64,000 bases of DNA from Octopus sinensis (lineage: Eukaryota), in assembly GCF_006345805.1 (NCBI RefSeq), contig NC_043005.1:77376001-77440000 (forward strand), written 5' to 3'. Every line of letters starts with the position of its first letter. Position 1 is the first letter of the stretch. Below, one piece after another: positions 52,325-64,000 of the stretch. Position numbers and translations under genes: made by a program. The notes beneath the pieces are model-generated. The model made no database searches and was not told where the DNA came from. It was given only the letters and a program-made list of their open reading frames with translations.

Positions 52325-52700
52325 TATTCAATTTACAAACTCACTCTTTCTCTCTCTTAATTACTATATATATATATATATCTCTTTCTTTCTTACTGTA
52401 TCTCTCTTTCTCTCTCTTTCTATCTCTCTCAATTTCTACATCTCTCCCTTTCTATCGCACGTTCTCTTTCTCTCACACGTTCTATTTCTCTCGCTCTCTC
52501 TTCCTATCTCTCCCACTTTCTATCTTTCTCTCTTCCTCATTCTCTCTCTATCTCTTCTCTATCTCTCTCTATCTATCTCTCTATCTCTTTCTCATTCTCT
52601 CTCACCTTCTATCCCTCTCTCTCTCTCTCTCTCATTTTATCTCACTCACTTTCTCTCTCTCTCCCTTCCTCCCCCCCTCTCTCATTTTCTCCCTTCGTTC
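52325..52700. repeat. ~370-bp degenerate (CT)n polypyrimidine tract
   Basis: Direct reading. Confidence 0.9.
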
Positions 52701-53439
52701 ATTTAATGAAGTAAACGTTGCTGATAAACTTGTAATGACAGATAAAATTCGTTGAAACTAATTGAATTGTTCGCTTGTCAGTTCAGCTGAGACAACCTTG
52801 GTGCTTGGAGAGCATTTGCACTGTTAGAGTCGCCATCTTTGAGAAGCGTCTATACACAGTTCCTAAGGTAACCTCGGAACTGCAAGCACGCAGCTGTTTG
52901 AAACGACATAACGCAACACTGACTTCGGACAGCAAACGTCAGTATTTTCTATCCCGTTCCAACCAGGCAGTGCCCTCCCGGTAAAACACAGTTCTTAACC
53001 AAAAGTAATATCATAATTGTTTCAGATGTTGGGACAAGGCCAGCAATTTCAGAAGTGCGGGTAAGTCAATTACATTGACCCTAGTGTACAACTGGTATTT
53101 TATCTTATCAACCTGAAGGATGAAAGGAGAAGTCGACCTCGACGGAATTTGAACTCAGAAGGTAAAGTGCCGGAAGAAATGCTGCTAAGCATTTTGTTCA
53201 ACGCACTTATGATTCTGTACTGCCCTAAACAGATGCCATGATAATAGTTCTCAGATGTGACAAACTGCTAGAAGCACTATATAATTGATTAGTATTGGTA
53301 CAAGGCCACATATTAGTGAGGTCGCGGATGGTATAGTCGATGAAATCGATCTGAGTACTTGATGGATAGATTATTTTATCAATACCAGAAGACTGATCAA
53401 CAAAGTCAACCGCGACAGGATTTGAACTCTGATCGTAAA

Positions 53440-53825
53440 GGCGCAGGAGTGGCTGTGTGGTAAGTAGCTTGCTTACCAACCACATGGTTCCGGGTTCATT
53501 CCCACTGCGTGGCACCTTGGGCAAGTGTCTTGTGAGTGGATTTAGTAGACGGAAACTGAAAGAAGCCCGTCGTATATATGTATATATATATATATGTATG
53601 TGTGCGTATATGTTTGTGTGTCATTGTTTGTTCCCCCCATCATCGCTTGACAACCGGTGCTGGTGTGTTTACGTCCCCGTAACTTAACGGTTCGGCAAAA
53701 GAGGCCGATAGAATAAGTACTAGGCTTACAAAGAATAAGTCTTGGGGTCGATTTGCTCAACTAAAGGCGGTGCTCCAGCATGGCCGCAGTCAAATGACTG
53801 AAACAAGTAAAAGAGTAAAAGAGTA
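53440..53825 (+). mobile_element. Family A SINE, near full length, adjoining a degenerate family B copy
   Basis: gcgcaggagtggctgtgtggtaagtagcttgc...gggttcattccc...aaacaagtaaaagagtaaaagag. Confidence 0.92.
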
Positions 53826-54949
53826 TACGTAACTAAATACTGAGTGGCAGTTTGGCTGCTACTCTACAGATTTTGTCAATGTACCACCCTAGAATGGTTA
53901 TGTGAGAAACGATAATGTCCGCTAGCTTGCATTTTGAGTATTTGATGTTGCAGACGATAAGTAAAGCTGAAAATATAAGACCGCACTCTCGGCTGGATAG
54001 TTTTTGCCTTCTTATGTGAAAAATGACTTATATATTTTCAGTTTATAATCTGGATTAGATTGGATTATCTATATCAAGTCCACTGCAAGGCGAGGGCCTC
54101 TGCACCTTCCATCCACCAACCACGGTCTAATGTGGAAGTCGTGATTTTGAGCTTGGTATCATACTGGTTTGATGAACCTACTCTGCCACACTGGTTCGAC
54201 ATGGCTTAGCGGAGGGATGTAGTTTTTATACCCATACCCAGGGTCAGTTAAATCTATTACATCGATTCCAGTACTCAACAGATCTCTCTTGTCATATTCC
54301 CGTAATTGATCGGGGACTGGTTGCGCTACATTCGGCGGCTCGCCGTAAATAAAATACGGGGTAAAAGCGCTAAGCAGTGATGTCACCCCGTAAACTAATA
54401 CTGAATACAAAATGTCAAGAAATAAGAAACGGCCATGGTTTGGATTACATTTGAACGACGAGTTTCAACATACAGAATCACTTTCCTCGACAGGTGTGAA
54501 TGCCATCAGAAAACTACAAAAATACTAAAGCTGTAGGTATAGAGATCTAAATAACCTTTGATTTACAATCTCCACAAAATATTTACAGGAACCCCAACGA
54601 AAACCATTTGCATATACTCATTAAAAAAAAACGAAAATTTGGCAATATCAATAAAGTTAACAATGGTAAAAAATAGGTAGTATTGCTATTACCTCCCTTT
54701 TCAAAGTAACAAATCTGAACAGAATACATTAAAACATATATAAAATCTTGCACAATATTTTAAAAAATCTTTATGGAACCAAAAGATTTTATCATCATAC
54801 AGCCACGTAGTAATAATTCAGAAGACATTTTTATTACCTCAACAGAGAAAACACAATGTACCAAATTACAATCAGACCAAACTCGGCAGACACGTTAACA
54901 AAAGCTTATAACATACATAAAAGCAAGCATATAACATAGATCTGTTACA

Positions 54950-55730
54950 AATGGCATGAGTGAATGGAATGTGATACTATATTAGATATGCAAGCTATCA
55001 AAATAAAAACCAGCAGCACAAAGCACATTAATGTAATAAACATAAACTCCACTACGTACCTCGCCAACCATCCCATCGTACTATGCACATCAGCAACAAT
55101 ATTTTAATATTCTCATAAACATTATCGATGCAGAAGGGAGACTTGAACGCGGCCGTGAGTTCCTGGTTTTCAAATAATACAGATTACAAAAGAAGTAGTA
55201 TAATAACGTCACAAGTAAACTCTCTTTATATCCTAAACAATTCACACGTATATACCACACATACATCACCAAACATCACGTTCTGTTCCACACATACACA
55301 CATATACACACACAGCTATCACAACGATCAGACAAACAATTTTGCAACTTTTCTCAAACTACCTATCAATTAGCATCACAACACACTCGTCCATAATTAA
55401 GAAAACAAGACCACTTTGATAAACTTCAAAGAAATTCAATGGAACGAGTTCCACAAAGAAACAGAACCGACGTTTTCAGAATTCAACAACGTCTGTCACC
55501 AACATAGTCACTGTACTACATACAGTCGAAGAAATATTTATAGATGCACCAAGAAATCATATCCCATATAGAAACATAAAAAATACAATGCCAGGAACGA
55601 ACCAAAAATAACCAGACACATAAAAAAAAAGCCAGAGACAACCCGAAGTAGATTGCAATAAAATGCCAATAATGCCACGGACTAGCCAAATAAAATATCA
55701 AATAAATAAGGAAATAAATAAACTAACAAA
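54950..55730 (+). mobile_element. I-group LINE APE endonuclease and linker remnant
   Basis: GDLNA (55137)...NSLYILN...TSPNITFCS, NFKEIQWNEF and NHIPYRNIKN fit APE catalytic motifs and the following linker. Confidence 0.65.
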
Positions 55731-55749
55731 CATTTGCGTCTTACATATG

Positions 55750-56150
55750 CGAGGGCGTGGCTGTGAGGTTATGAAGCTCGCTTTGCAGTCAAGTTGTTTC
55801 GGGTTCAATCCCATTGCGCGGCACCTTGGATGTGTGTCTTGCACTATAACCTCGAGCCGACTAATACCTTGTGAATAAATTTGGTAGACAGAAACTGTAT
55901 CGAAGCCCGCAGTGTATTTATGTGTGTGTGCGTGTGTGTGTGTGTGCGCGTGTGTGCGTGTCCATTTGTGTCTGATTTTTTCCTATCCATCACTTGACAG
56001 TCGGTATTGGTTTGTTTTACACCCATATAACATTGTGGTTTGGCAAGAGAGACTGATCAAACAAATACCAGACTGGTAGTGACTTGTTCGACTAAAATCT
56101 TTCAAAGTGGTGCCCCAGCATGGCCGCAGTCCAATGACTACAACATCCAC
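55750..56150 (+). mobile_element. Family A SINE
   Basis: gggcgtggctgtgagg...gggttcaatccc...gtgccccagcatggccgcagtccaatgact. Confidence 0.8.
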
Positions 56151-56684
56151 AAAACTGTGTACTTCGCTTCTTAACAGTTTCGACACGGACCACTTACATA
56201 AGAAAAGCATACGAGTATATACTACAGCTTAAACATCCTCTGTACATGCAAAGATCACAGATTTTGCCGCAGTAACCGTCATCCCTCTGTCTCAACAACT
56301 ATCTCCAAGTAATCAAACACTCAGACACTCTACAACATAAGCGACGGATGAGTAGAGTTGTTAGAACGTTGGAAAAGTGTCGTGGTATTTGTTCTGACTC
56401 TTTGCATTCTTAGTCCAAATCTTAACAAGGTCGACTTTGCCTCCCTTCGTTTCGAGGTCGATTAAAAACAAAAACAATCCGAGGCGTTATGACAGCGGAA
56501 CAGTAAGAATGTCGAACCAGATGCCTTGCAGTATTTGATCTGGTTCATTGCGTTTTGAGTTCAAACCCCGCTACTGCCTATTTGGTTGATAGACTTATCT
56601 CCTCGGCAGGTTTAACTCCACCACCTAGCTCACTGGATTCCTTTAGCAGATTTTGCTTAATTCTAGGCACTTGGCTCGAGGCTA

Positions 56685-56776
56685 CCACTCTGTTATAATT
56701 GTGTTGGAAGGAAGGAGATATCCTCAAATCGGTTTGAGGATATCTCCTCCCTTCCAACACAATCACAACAGAGTGG
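56685..56776 (-). other. 92-nt hairpin (44-bp stem, 4-nt loop)
   Basis: 56685-56728 pairs with 56733-56776 at 41/44 positions. All three mismatches are A.C on + (G.U on -). Confidence 0.85.
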
Positions 56777-56985
56777 AGATGCGTGGCATAGTGGTGAAGA
56801 TGTTGGACATATGATCATAAGATTTTGGTTTCGATTCCTGAACCAGGCGACGCGTTGTGTTCTTCATTTCACGTTGCTCCATTCCACTCAGCTGGAAAAA
56901 AATGAGTAATCCTGCAAAAGACTGGCATTCCGTCCAGGTAGGGAATATATACGCAATTGGAAACCAGGAAACCGGGTTCAAAGTC
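56773..56985 (+). mobile_element. Family D SINE
   Basis: Homologous to 30115-30360. Confidence 0.75.
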
Positions 56986-57275
56986 GGTATGACTCGAGAA
57001 GGTAACTTTACGGGGTTTTGCCTTTTATTTTTAATCGCTTTTAATCACAACAGATTGACGTCCTATTGCCGAATGTTTGAGGATACCTCATTCCTTTCAG
57101 TCATTCCCTTCTGCCCCATAATGGATATTCGGCACTTCTTTACTGACTAAACAATAAAAAGAAATTCATCACAAAGCATTACCACAACAATATCCTAGAA
57201 ATATCTCTTTCATTCAATCCATACAAACATAAAAATGCATAAACATTTAACGGCTTACCACTCCAGTAACGTTGG

Positions 57276-57600
57276 GAAGGCGCGTGGCTTAGTGGTTAGA
57301 ATATCCGGCTCACGGTGGCAAAGTTATGAGTTCGATTCCTGGCAGTGCGGTGTGTCCCTTTCGCAAGAAATGTTATTTCTAGTTGATCCATCCTACTCAA
57401 CTGGCAAAATGAGTTGTGCCTGTAACTCAGATATACCAATCTTGCCCCCACTCTGTACCACGCCGAACCTCCTTTAAAACTATATTAAAGGTGCGCGTGT
57501 CGGTGTCATGCTTTGTCCCTTAAAAGTTAATTTCACGAGAAGGGTGTTTCGTTGGCCGGATTAACTGGAACCCTCGTCGTCCTGACCGACGAAGTGCCAG
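57276..57600 (+). mobile_element. Family C SINE, degenerate
   Basis: gaaggcgcgtggcttagtggttag...gagttcgattcc...ggaaccctcgtcgtcctgaccgacgaagtgcc. Confidence 0.8.
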
Positions 57601-58068
57601 CAGCAAACATCGCTGTAAATGGATGGAGCCTGTTAATACTGTGTAAAGAAGAGCAGCAACTGTTATATTTTTTACTGTCTACCATGTCCACTTACGATGT
57701 GGCCATCTCTAGGATCTGCAAATGTACAGAAGCAGATTACACAGTGCTAGAGAAATGGTAGCTTCTCGAATTAAATAAATACGAGTTCGCAATTTTTTGG
57801 CCGAACAACATGAACAGACGATTAATTCATAGCTATCATACGTTTATGCTTTACATTAGCTTATTCGCTCCGTCCAATCAACGTTGCCCGAAAAGGTGCG
57901 TCAGACTTGGAAGTGATCGCAGAATAATGTTAAATGAAGTGTTTTGCTCAAGAACATAACGCACCGTTCGATCCAGGAATCGAAATCATGATTTCGCGAT
58001 CATTAGTGCAATCCCCTAATCACTAATCCACACGCCTTATAGAATACACCTAAAATTACATAAAGCAA

Positions 58069-58260
58069 GGCGTAGGAGTGGCTGTGTGGTAAGTAGCTTG
58101 CTTTCCAGCCACATGGTTCTGGGTTCAGGCCCACTGCGTGGTACTTTGGGCAAGTGTCTTCTACTATAGCCTAGGGCCGACCAAAGCCTTGTGAGTGGAT
58201 TTGGTAAACGAAAACTAAAAGAAGTCCGTCGTATATGTGTATATATATGTGTGTGTGTGT

Positions 58261-58301
<41 letters not shown>

Positions 58302-58512
58302 TGTGTTTATGTGTTTGTCCCCCTCCCCAACATCGCTTGACAACCGATGCTGGTGCGTTTACGTCCCCGTAACTTAGCGGTTCGGCAAAAGAGACCGATA
58401 GAATAAGTACTAGGCTTACAAAGAATAAGTCCTTGGTTCGATTTGCTCGACTAAAGGCGGTGCTCTGGCATGGCCGCAGTCAAATGACTGAAACAAGTAA
58501 AAGAGTAAAAGC
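58069..58512 (+). mobile_element. Family A SINE, full length (best copy in the window)
   Basis: A-box and B-box head, central (TA)(TG)n, tail ...aaacaagtaaaagagtaaaag. Confidence 0.93.
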
Positions 58513-59131
58513 GTATACAATTCATTACAATGCGGCCGTTACATAACATAGCACAGCGCACAGCCAAGAGGTGATACATTATAATTAAGAAAATTATTTT
58601 CTGTATCACAGCTCATCATACAGTACACTACCTACATGTCATAAGACAAGTCAATCCGGGCCGTCCAAGGGATAGACAACAATAACAATTACTACAGCAA
58701 AACGTAAGAAAGAGTGTTAGATATGACCTCTATCTATGTACTTACTGACCGTTGTTAGTTATATATTTATAGAAGAATGTGGGCTTCTAAGCTATGGAAT
58801 TAAACATTGCTATCTTTCGAAATATGATCTAAAAACGAAAATAACTTAATTATTGAAAAGTAAAATAATCCCTAGTGACACAGAAATAATTACTGCAAAA
58901 GTGGTGCATTGACTTTCGAAGAGAAGAAAACAATTGTTTATGTCAGAAAAACTTAAAATAATAATGAAGGGAGATATCAGGTGAGTTTTTATCTGAAAGA
59001 TAGCATTGATGTGTGGTATGGAGTTTGAAATGTACACACACCCGCATAAGCACAGGTGCAAAAAATGTATACTCACACGGACATACATACATGCATACAT
59101 ACATACATACATACATACATACATACATACA

Positions 59132-59162
<31 letters not shown>

Positions 59163-59177
59163 GTGTATGTTTGCATG

Positions 59178-59251
<74 letters not shown>

Positions 59252-60079
59252 GCATACAAACATACATACACATATATATATATTTATATGTATAATCACA
59301 CATAAACATACATATATATAAGCATGTATATATTCGCGCGCGTGGGCGGGTGTGTTTGCATACATGTATATGTGTGAGAGGTAGAGTTTATAAACATGTA
59401 TGTGTATGTATGTTTGTACGTAGCTATCGATTTATCGCTATACATGTATATGAAGTCGCATACACATAACTCTACGTATAAATACAGCCAATGGAAATTC
59501 GTCGGTTTCAACGATGAATATTTGAACTATTCCTTCAACAGAACTACATACACATTGAGGGAACGTAAAATGAGAAACCAGTCACCAGAGAGACACATGT
59601 ACCCTTGACGAAAATACTCTTGCACAACCAACGAAATATGGTCAGTATATAATAAGGCGGCCCTTTTAAGTTACAAGTGGATTATCCAACCGTCAAGCTG
59701 CCCATAGTTTCCGAATAAAAATTGGAATCCGGCCTAAAAGTGGTTTTCCGTAAGCAGGTCGAGGATCTTCTACGACTCGCCCTTGATTTCGACAAATGAA
59801 CTAATATATGTATATGTGAATAAATATATTTATATATGTGTATGTGTGTTTATGTATTCAAATGTATGTGAGTATTGCGTGTATATTGTGATATATTCTC
59901 CTGCATAGATGCAAAACTGGGATCACATAAAGCCAACACATTAAGACCCACATGACCTTTGACATCCAGTGTCAAATGAAGATACTTTTACTTTGATACA
60001 CGGTTTAAATTACGCATACATAAATGCTTCGTCGTAACAATACTGATGTCACCGAATCAGTCTCCTTCTTTTTTACTGA

Positions 60080-60260
60080 AGACACAATGCCTGAAATTTT
60101 GGAGGAGGGGCCAATTCGATTACATTGACTCCAGTGTTTCATTGGTACTTCATTTATCGACCTCGGAAGGATGAAAGTAAAGTCGACCGCGGTGAAATTT
60201 GAACTCAGAACAGAAGGATGCTTGAAATTCCGCTAAACATTTTGCTCTGTGTGTTGACGA
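60080..60260 (-). mobile_element. Family B SINE, degenerate
   Basis: cgattacattgactccagtg...gaaggatgaaagtaaagtcgaccgcggtgaaatttgaactcagaac. Confidence 0.75.
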
Positions 60261-60897
60261 TTCATGAAACGAAACAACAATCAGCAAGTGTGTACAATGA
60301 AAGTAAATAGGTGAAATGAAAACAATTGGAAGAGAAGCAAGCTTTTATGAAAGAAAAGTAAGAGCATTAATAGAAAGAGGAGAAAAACAATTATAAACTC
60401 TTATAAAAATTACAAGGGCTAATAACATTGCCGGTATAGTGCAAAAATGTATTTGGAGTGTGCTATTATAGGATCAGAAGTGGAGACACAAATGGGTGAC
60501 AGGAGAATAATTGAGAAGAGATCTGGAGGGATTATAAGTGAAAAACAGAGTAGGGTAGCAAGTGAGGAAATGGGAAAGTGAAATTATGACAAAGATTAGA
60601 GAAAGGGTGAAAGACGAAAAAGGTTGAATGCGAGGGGACAGGAGTGAGGAGAGATGCAGAGAAGCATAAAATTGGATATGTTTCTATAGTATAATAATTA
60701 AATATGTAACGATGCCAATTGTTGGTGTAAATAGCATCAAATATACGTTAATGAATATACAGCTTGAGCATCAATATATGTGTCGGGCATTCAAGAATGC
60801 AATTCAATGCGTCCATCTAAAAGTGCAAATGGAAGCATCCATATATATGTATACATAGGTGTACGCACACACGCATGCATGCACGCACATACACACA

Positions 60898-60937
<40 letters not shown>

Positions 60938-61179
60938 TGTGTGTGTATATGTATGTATGTATATGTATATGAAGAGGGAGCAAGAAACTCATAGCTCCAT
61001 ACAACTGATACATACATAAATGTACGCGTGCGTTCATTTATTGATCTGCAGGTGAGATATTTATTTATTTATTTATTTATATTGGGACACGGATGGGAAA
61101 AATAGAGAAAGATACAGAATAATGAAGAAAGAAAGGTATTTGATGGATATAAGAAACTACACACACTCACGCACATATA

Positions 61180-61345
<166 letters not shown>

Positions 61346-63334
61346 GAGAGAGGGAGAGAGGGAGAGAGATAGAGAGGTGGGAGTCTTGTGAATAGAATGG
61401 TGTAATTAGGAATTTTCATAATTCTTTTCCATTCAGTTTCATGTTTAATCAAATCAACTCGAACACCATTATAAATGGTTTCACCTCAGAACAAATCATT
61501 GTGCATAGATTGATTATGTTCTTTTCAGTTCTACATTCATTCCGAAACCACTTACGTTCGCTTCATATACATTTTTAATTCACTTTGTATTGGACGATTC
61601 AAATTTGTTGAATCTGGCATATAACCACCTATCTTCACTTCCACCACCACCCCATGAACAAACGGTGAAAATTCTATGTGGTTATTTCATCTGCAAGGAA
61701 TAGCAGGCAAGTCCCAATTAAATCTTACCACACACTACTGTTTTAATATAAAAATTTCATGGTGAATATTATGACCCTTATACACAAATGACAGAATGGG
61801 TATGGCTGTAACATTGTTTATACATCTGCTCGATTAGCAATGATTTGGAGTTAAGTAGATCAACAAAAACGAAAAAGTATTCACTAACGCATTTGTTTGG
61901 AATTGTTGCGAAACATCTCTCAAATCACACATTACTCTTCCTAAAAAATTAAATGGACATTGGACAAAGAATATAGTTCTTTGCGGGAGGGTAATGACAG
62001 GTAATGTCTGCTCAATCAATCCTGACCTTCGGCTAAACTATAGCTGCAACAATAGCCGACACGTCAGTACTTGATAGTGACACTTGCGGTTAGCTATTGG
62101 AACTTCAAATCATTTCCTTCTCTGTTTTGTCTGATGATGAACACACTGCATAATGCTAAGACGAAGTAAAAATTAACATAATAAAATAAAAAGGTCTCGG
62201 CTGCATGTATTTGACCATTGATCTATCAGCTCAGTCAAAGATGATTTGAGATTAAGCAACTACAGCATCAACCATTTTAAAATTAGTAGAAATTGATATT
62301 CGATCGAATGAAATATCAAAGAACCGTTCCTTCAATACTATGAAAATATTCACATCTTGCGTAATATGAAGATAAAAGATAAAATACAATTTAATATACA
62401 AAGTAATACGAAGTTATGTAAGACGTAAGTAATAATATGCGATGACCTATTGAGGCATTGACCAGAGTTCAACGTTCAAATAAAAAATTAAACAGAAATG
62501 CGTGACATTATATACCCTCAGTTACTTCGCCGCTATATCAATTATATATTACATTTATAAATTCTACATCGGGAATGACAAGAGCAACTTTAATGGCTAA
62601 TTTAGATAGTTTGATGAGTTAACTTTTCTTTGAAATATCCTATAATTCTAAGGAGATATGTGTGACATCATTACGATTTGCTATAAGGTAAAATGAGAAA
62701 GCGCGAAGGTATAAAATGTCGAATGCCAATGATAAGTTATATATCAAGACTTGGAATGATGCTAAGGCCACTCTGTTCAAGGAAGCATGAAAGACTAGTT
62801 ACAATAACTACTGGACTAAAGCAGATCTGACTCTTGTCGAGGTTTCTTTTAAATTTCTGTTTGGTGACATTCTTCAAAATAATTATTATTGTTGTCGTTT
62901 ATGGTCAGTGAGAATAGAAAGTATGAAGATGGCTTACATGTCAGTGAATATCTATTTCGATGAAATAGAGAACAACGACTAGTCAACCTAGAAACGTGTC
63001 TCAACGGTGCATTTGCAATTTATGAAGATGGCTACTTTGTTACTGAATATATGTGCTTCAAAGCATTTGCCAAGTTAGAAGCAGAGATCAGCATCGAAAT
63101 GACAAATTGATTGACCAGCAACACAGGTTTACAGCACAAAACTGGAGGCAGTGTCTAACTTCAAATACCCGTAGGCTATACAACATATTCATAAGTTCTG
63201 GCAAAAACATATAGTAATATATATTATGGATAGGTAGATGGATAGATGCAGACATACACACATACACACATACATACACACATACATACATACATAAATA
63301 CGTACATACATACATACATACATACATACATACA

Positions 63335-63366
<32 letters not shown>

Positions 63367-63417
63367 AATATACTTTCACTTCACGTACTAGTTAACTGAA
63401 AGCGTTAACGTTAAGAA

Positions 63418-64000
63418 TCTCTCTATATATAAACGGCAGTTTGTCTGTCTGTGTGTCTGTATGTCTGTCAGGTTGTACCCTCACCCTGACCACGGCTTTC
63501 AACTGATTCTGATGAAACTTGACACACACATAGCCAAATGTCATAATTCAAAACTAACGCAGCGCAAATTTTGAAAAGTTCCCCCAGTTCTGAAAAAAAT
63601 CGATAAATTCGACATAGGGTCGAGAATCAGAAGCACAAACCACAGACTGTCTAGGGGACGCAACTCAACCTTTTTAACTCTCAACTCCATCAATATCCAG
63701 CTACTTGAAGCTATTCCTGGTGATGTCCACGTCTACAAATCTATTGATAGGACAGCAGACCCCGCCGAGCTTGCCGATTATCCTGTTGAATTCCTGAATT
63801 CACTTGAACCGCCAGGCCTGCCGCCACACATCCTGAAGTTAAAAGTCGGTGCGCCCATTATGCTCATCAGGAATTTGGTTCCACCTAAACAGTGCAACGG
63901 CACACGTCTGGTTGTGAAACATTTGCCACCACATTTAATAACGGCCACAATACTTACCCGTTGTGGGAAGGGAGAGGACGTCTTCATTCCACGCATGCAC
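63418..64000 (+). mobile_element. Helitron 5' portion (runs off the window)
   Basis: A|TCTCTCTATATATAAA start, (GTCT)n tract, gattctgatgaaacttg block, then a helicase-homologous frame. Confidence 0.85.
63680..64000 (+). CDS. Partial PIF1-like helicase domain of a Helitron Rep/Hel protein (fragment, 107 open codons)
   Basis: LNSINIQLLEAIPGDVHVYKSID...YPVEFLNSLEPPGLPPHILKLKVGAPIMLIRNLVPPKQCNGTRLVVK...GEDVFIPRMH. Confidence 0.9.

Noticed and set aside
54159-54410. 83-aa protein-like ORF
   Set aside because: The central part (STGIDVID) is the family B SINE body read on the minus strand.
62715-62985. ~90-codon frame with one internal TGA (possible readthrough or selenoprotein)
   Set aside because: No homology recognised and no SECIS-like evidence; expected by chance in AT-rich DNA.

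Overview
Repeat-saturated, AT-rich animal genomic DNA. The SINE families and the very dense (TA)n/(CA)n/(CATA)n/(GATA)n microsatellites suggest a coleoid cephalopod, probably Octopus (inference from recalled family sequences, no database search run). I found no host protein-coding exon I can call with confidence, and most ORFs in the track are microsatellite translations. The window holds more than 25 tRNA-headed SINE copies from about four families. It also holds decayed remnants of many transposon groups: Penelope-like elements (PLE), RTE, CR1-like, I-like, R4/Dong-like and HERO-like LINEs, a Ty3/Gypsy pol, two mariner transposases, hAT/Tc1/piggyBac-type MITEs, and a Helitron 5' end joined to a PIF1-helicase fragment at the right edge. 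A 100-N gap is flanked by a probable haplotypic duplication. Most notable: (1) a 3.5-kb array of near-identical ~490-bp units that flips orientation inside a short inverted repeat, forming a ~0.73-kb-arm palindrome; (2) several degenerate minimal hammerhead-ribozyme motifs and fold-back structures of PLE type; (3) a 44-bp-stem hairpin whose three mismatches all become G-U pairs on the minus strand; (4) a 546-bp retroelement derivative sitting in (CATA)n; (5) a weak GPCR-like (TM5-TM7) pseudo-exon. All family assignments come from motif recognition by eye.
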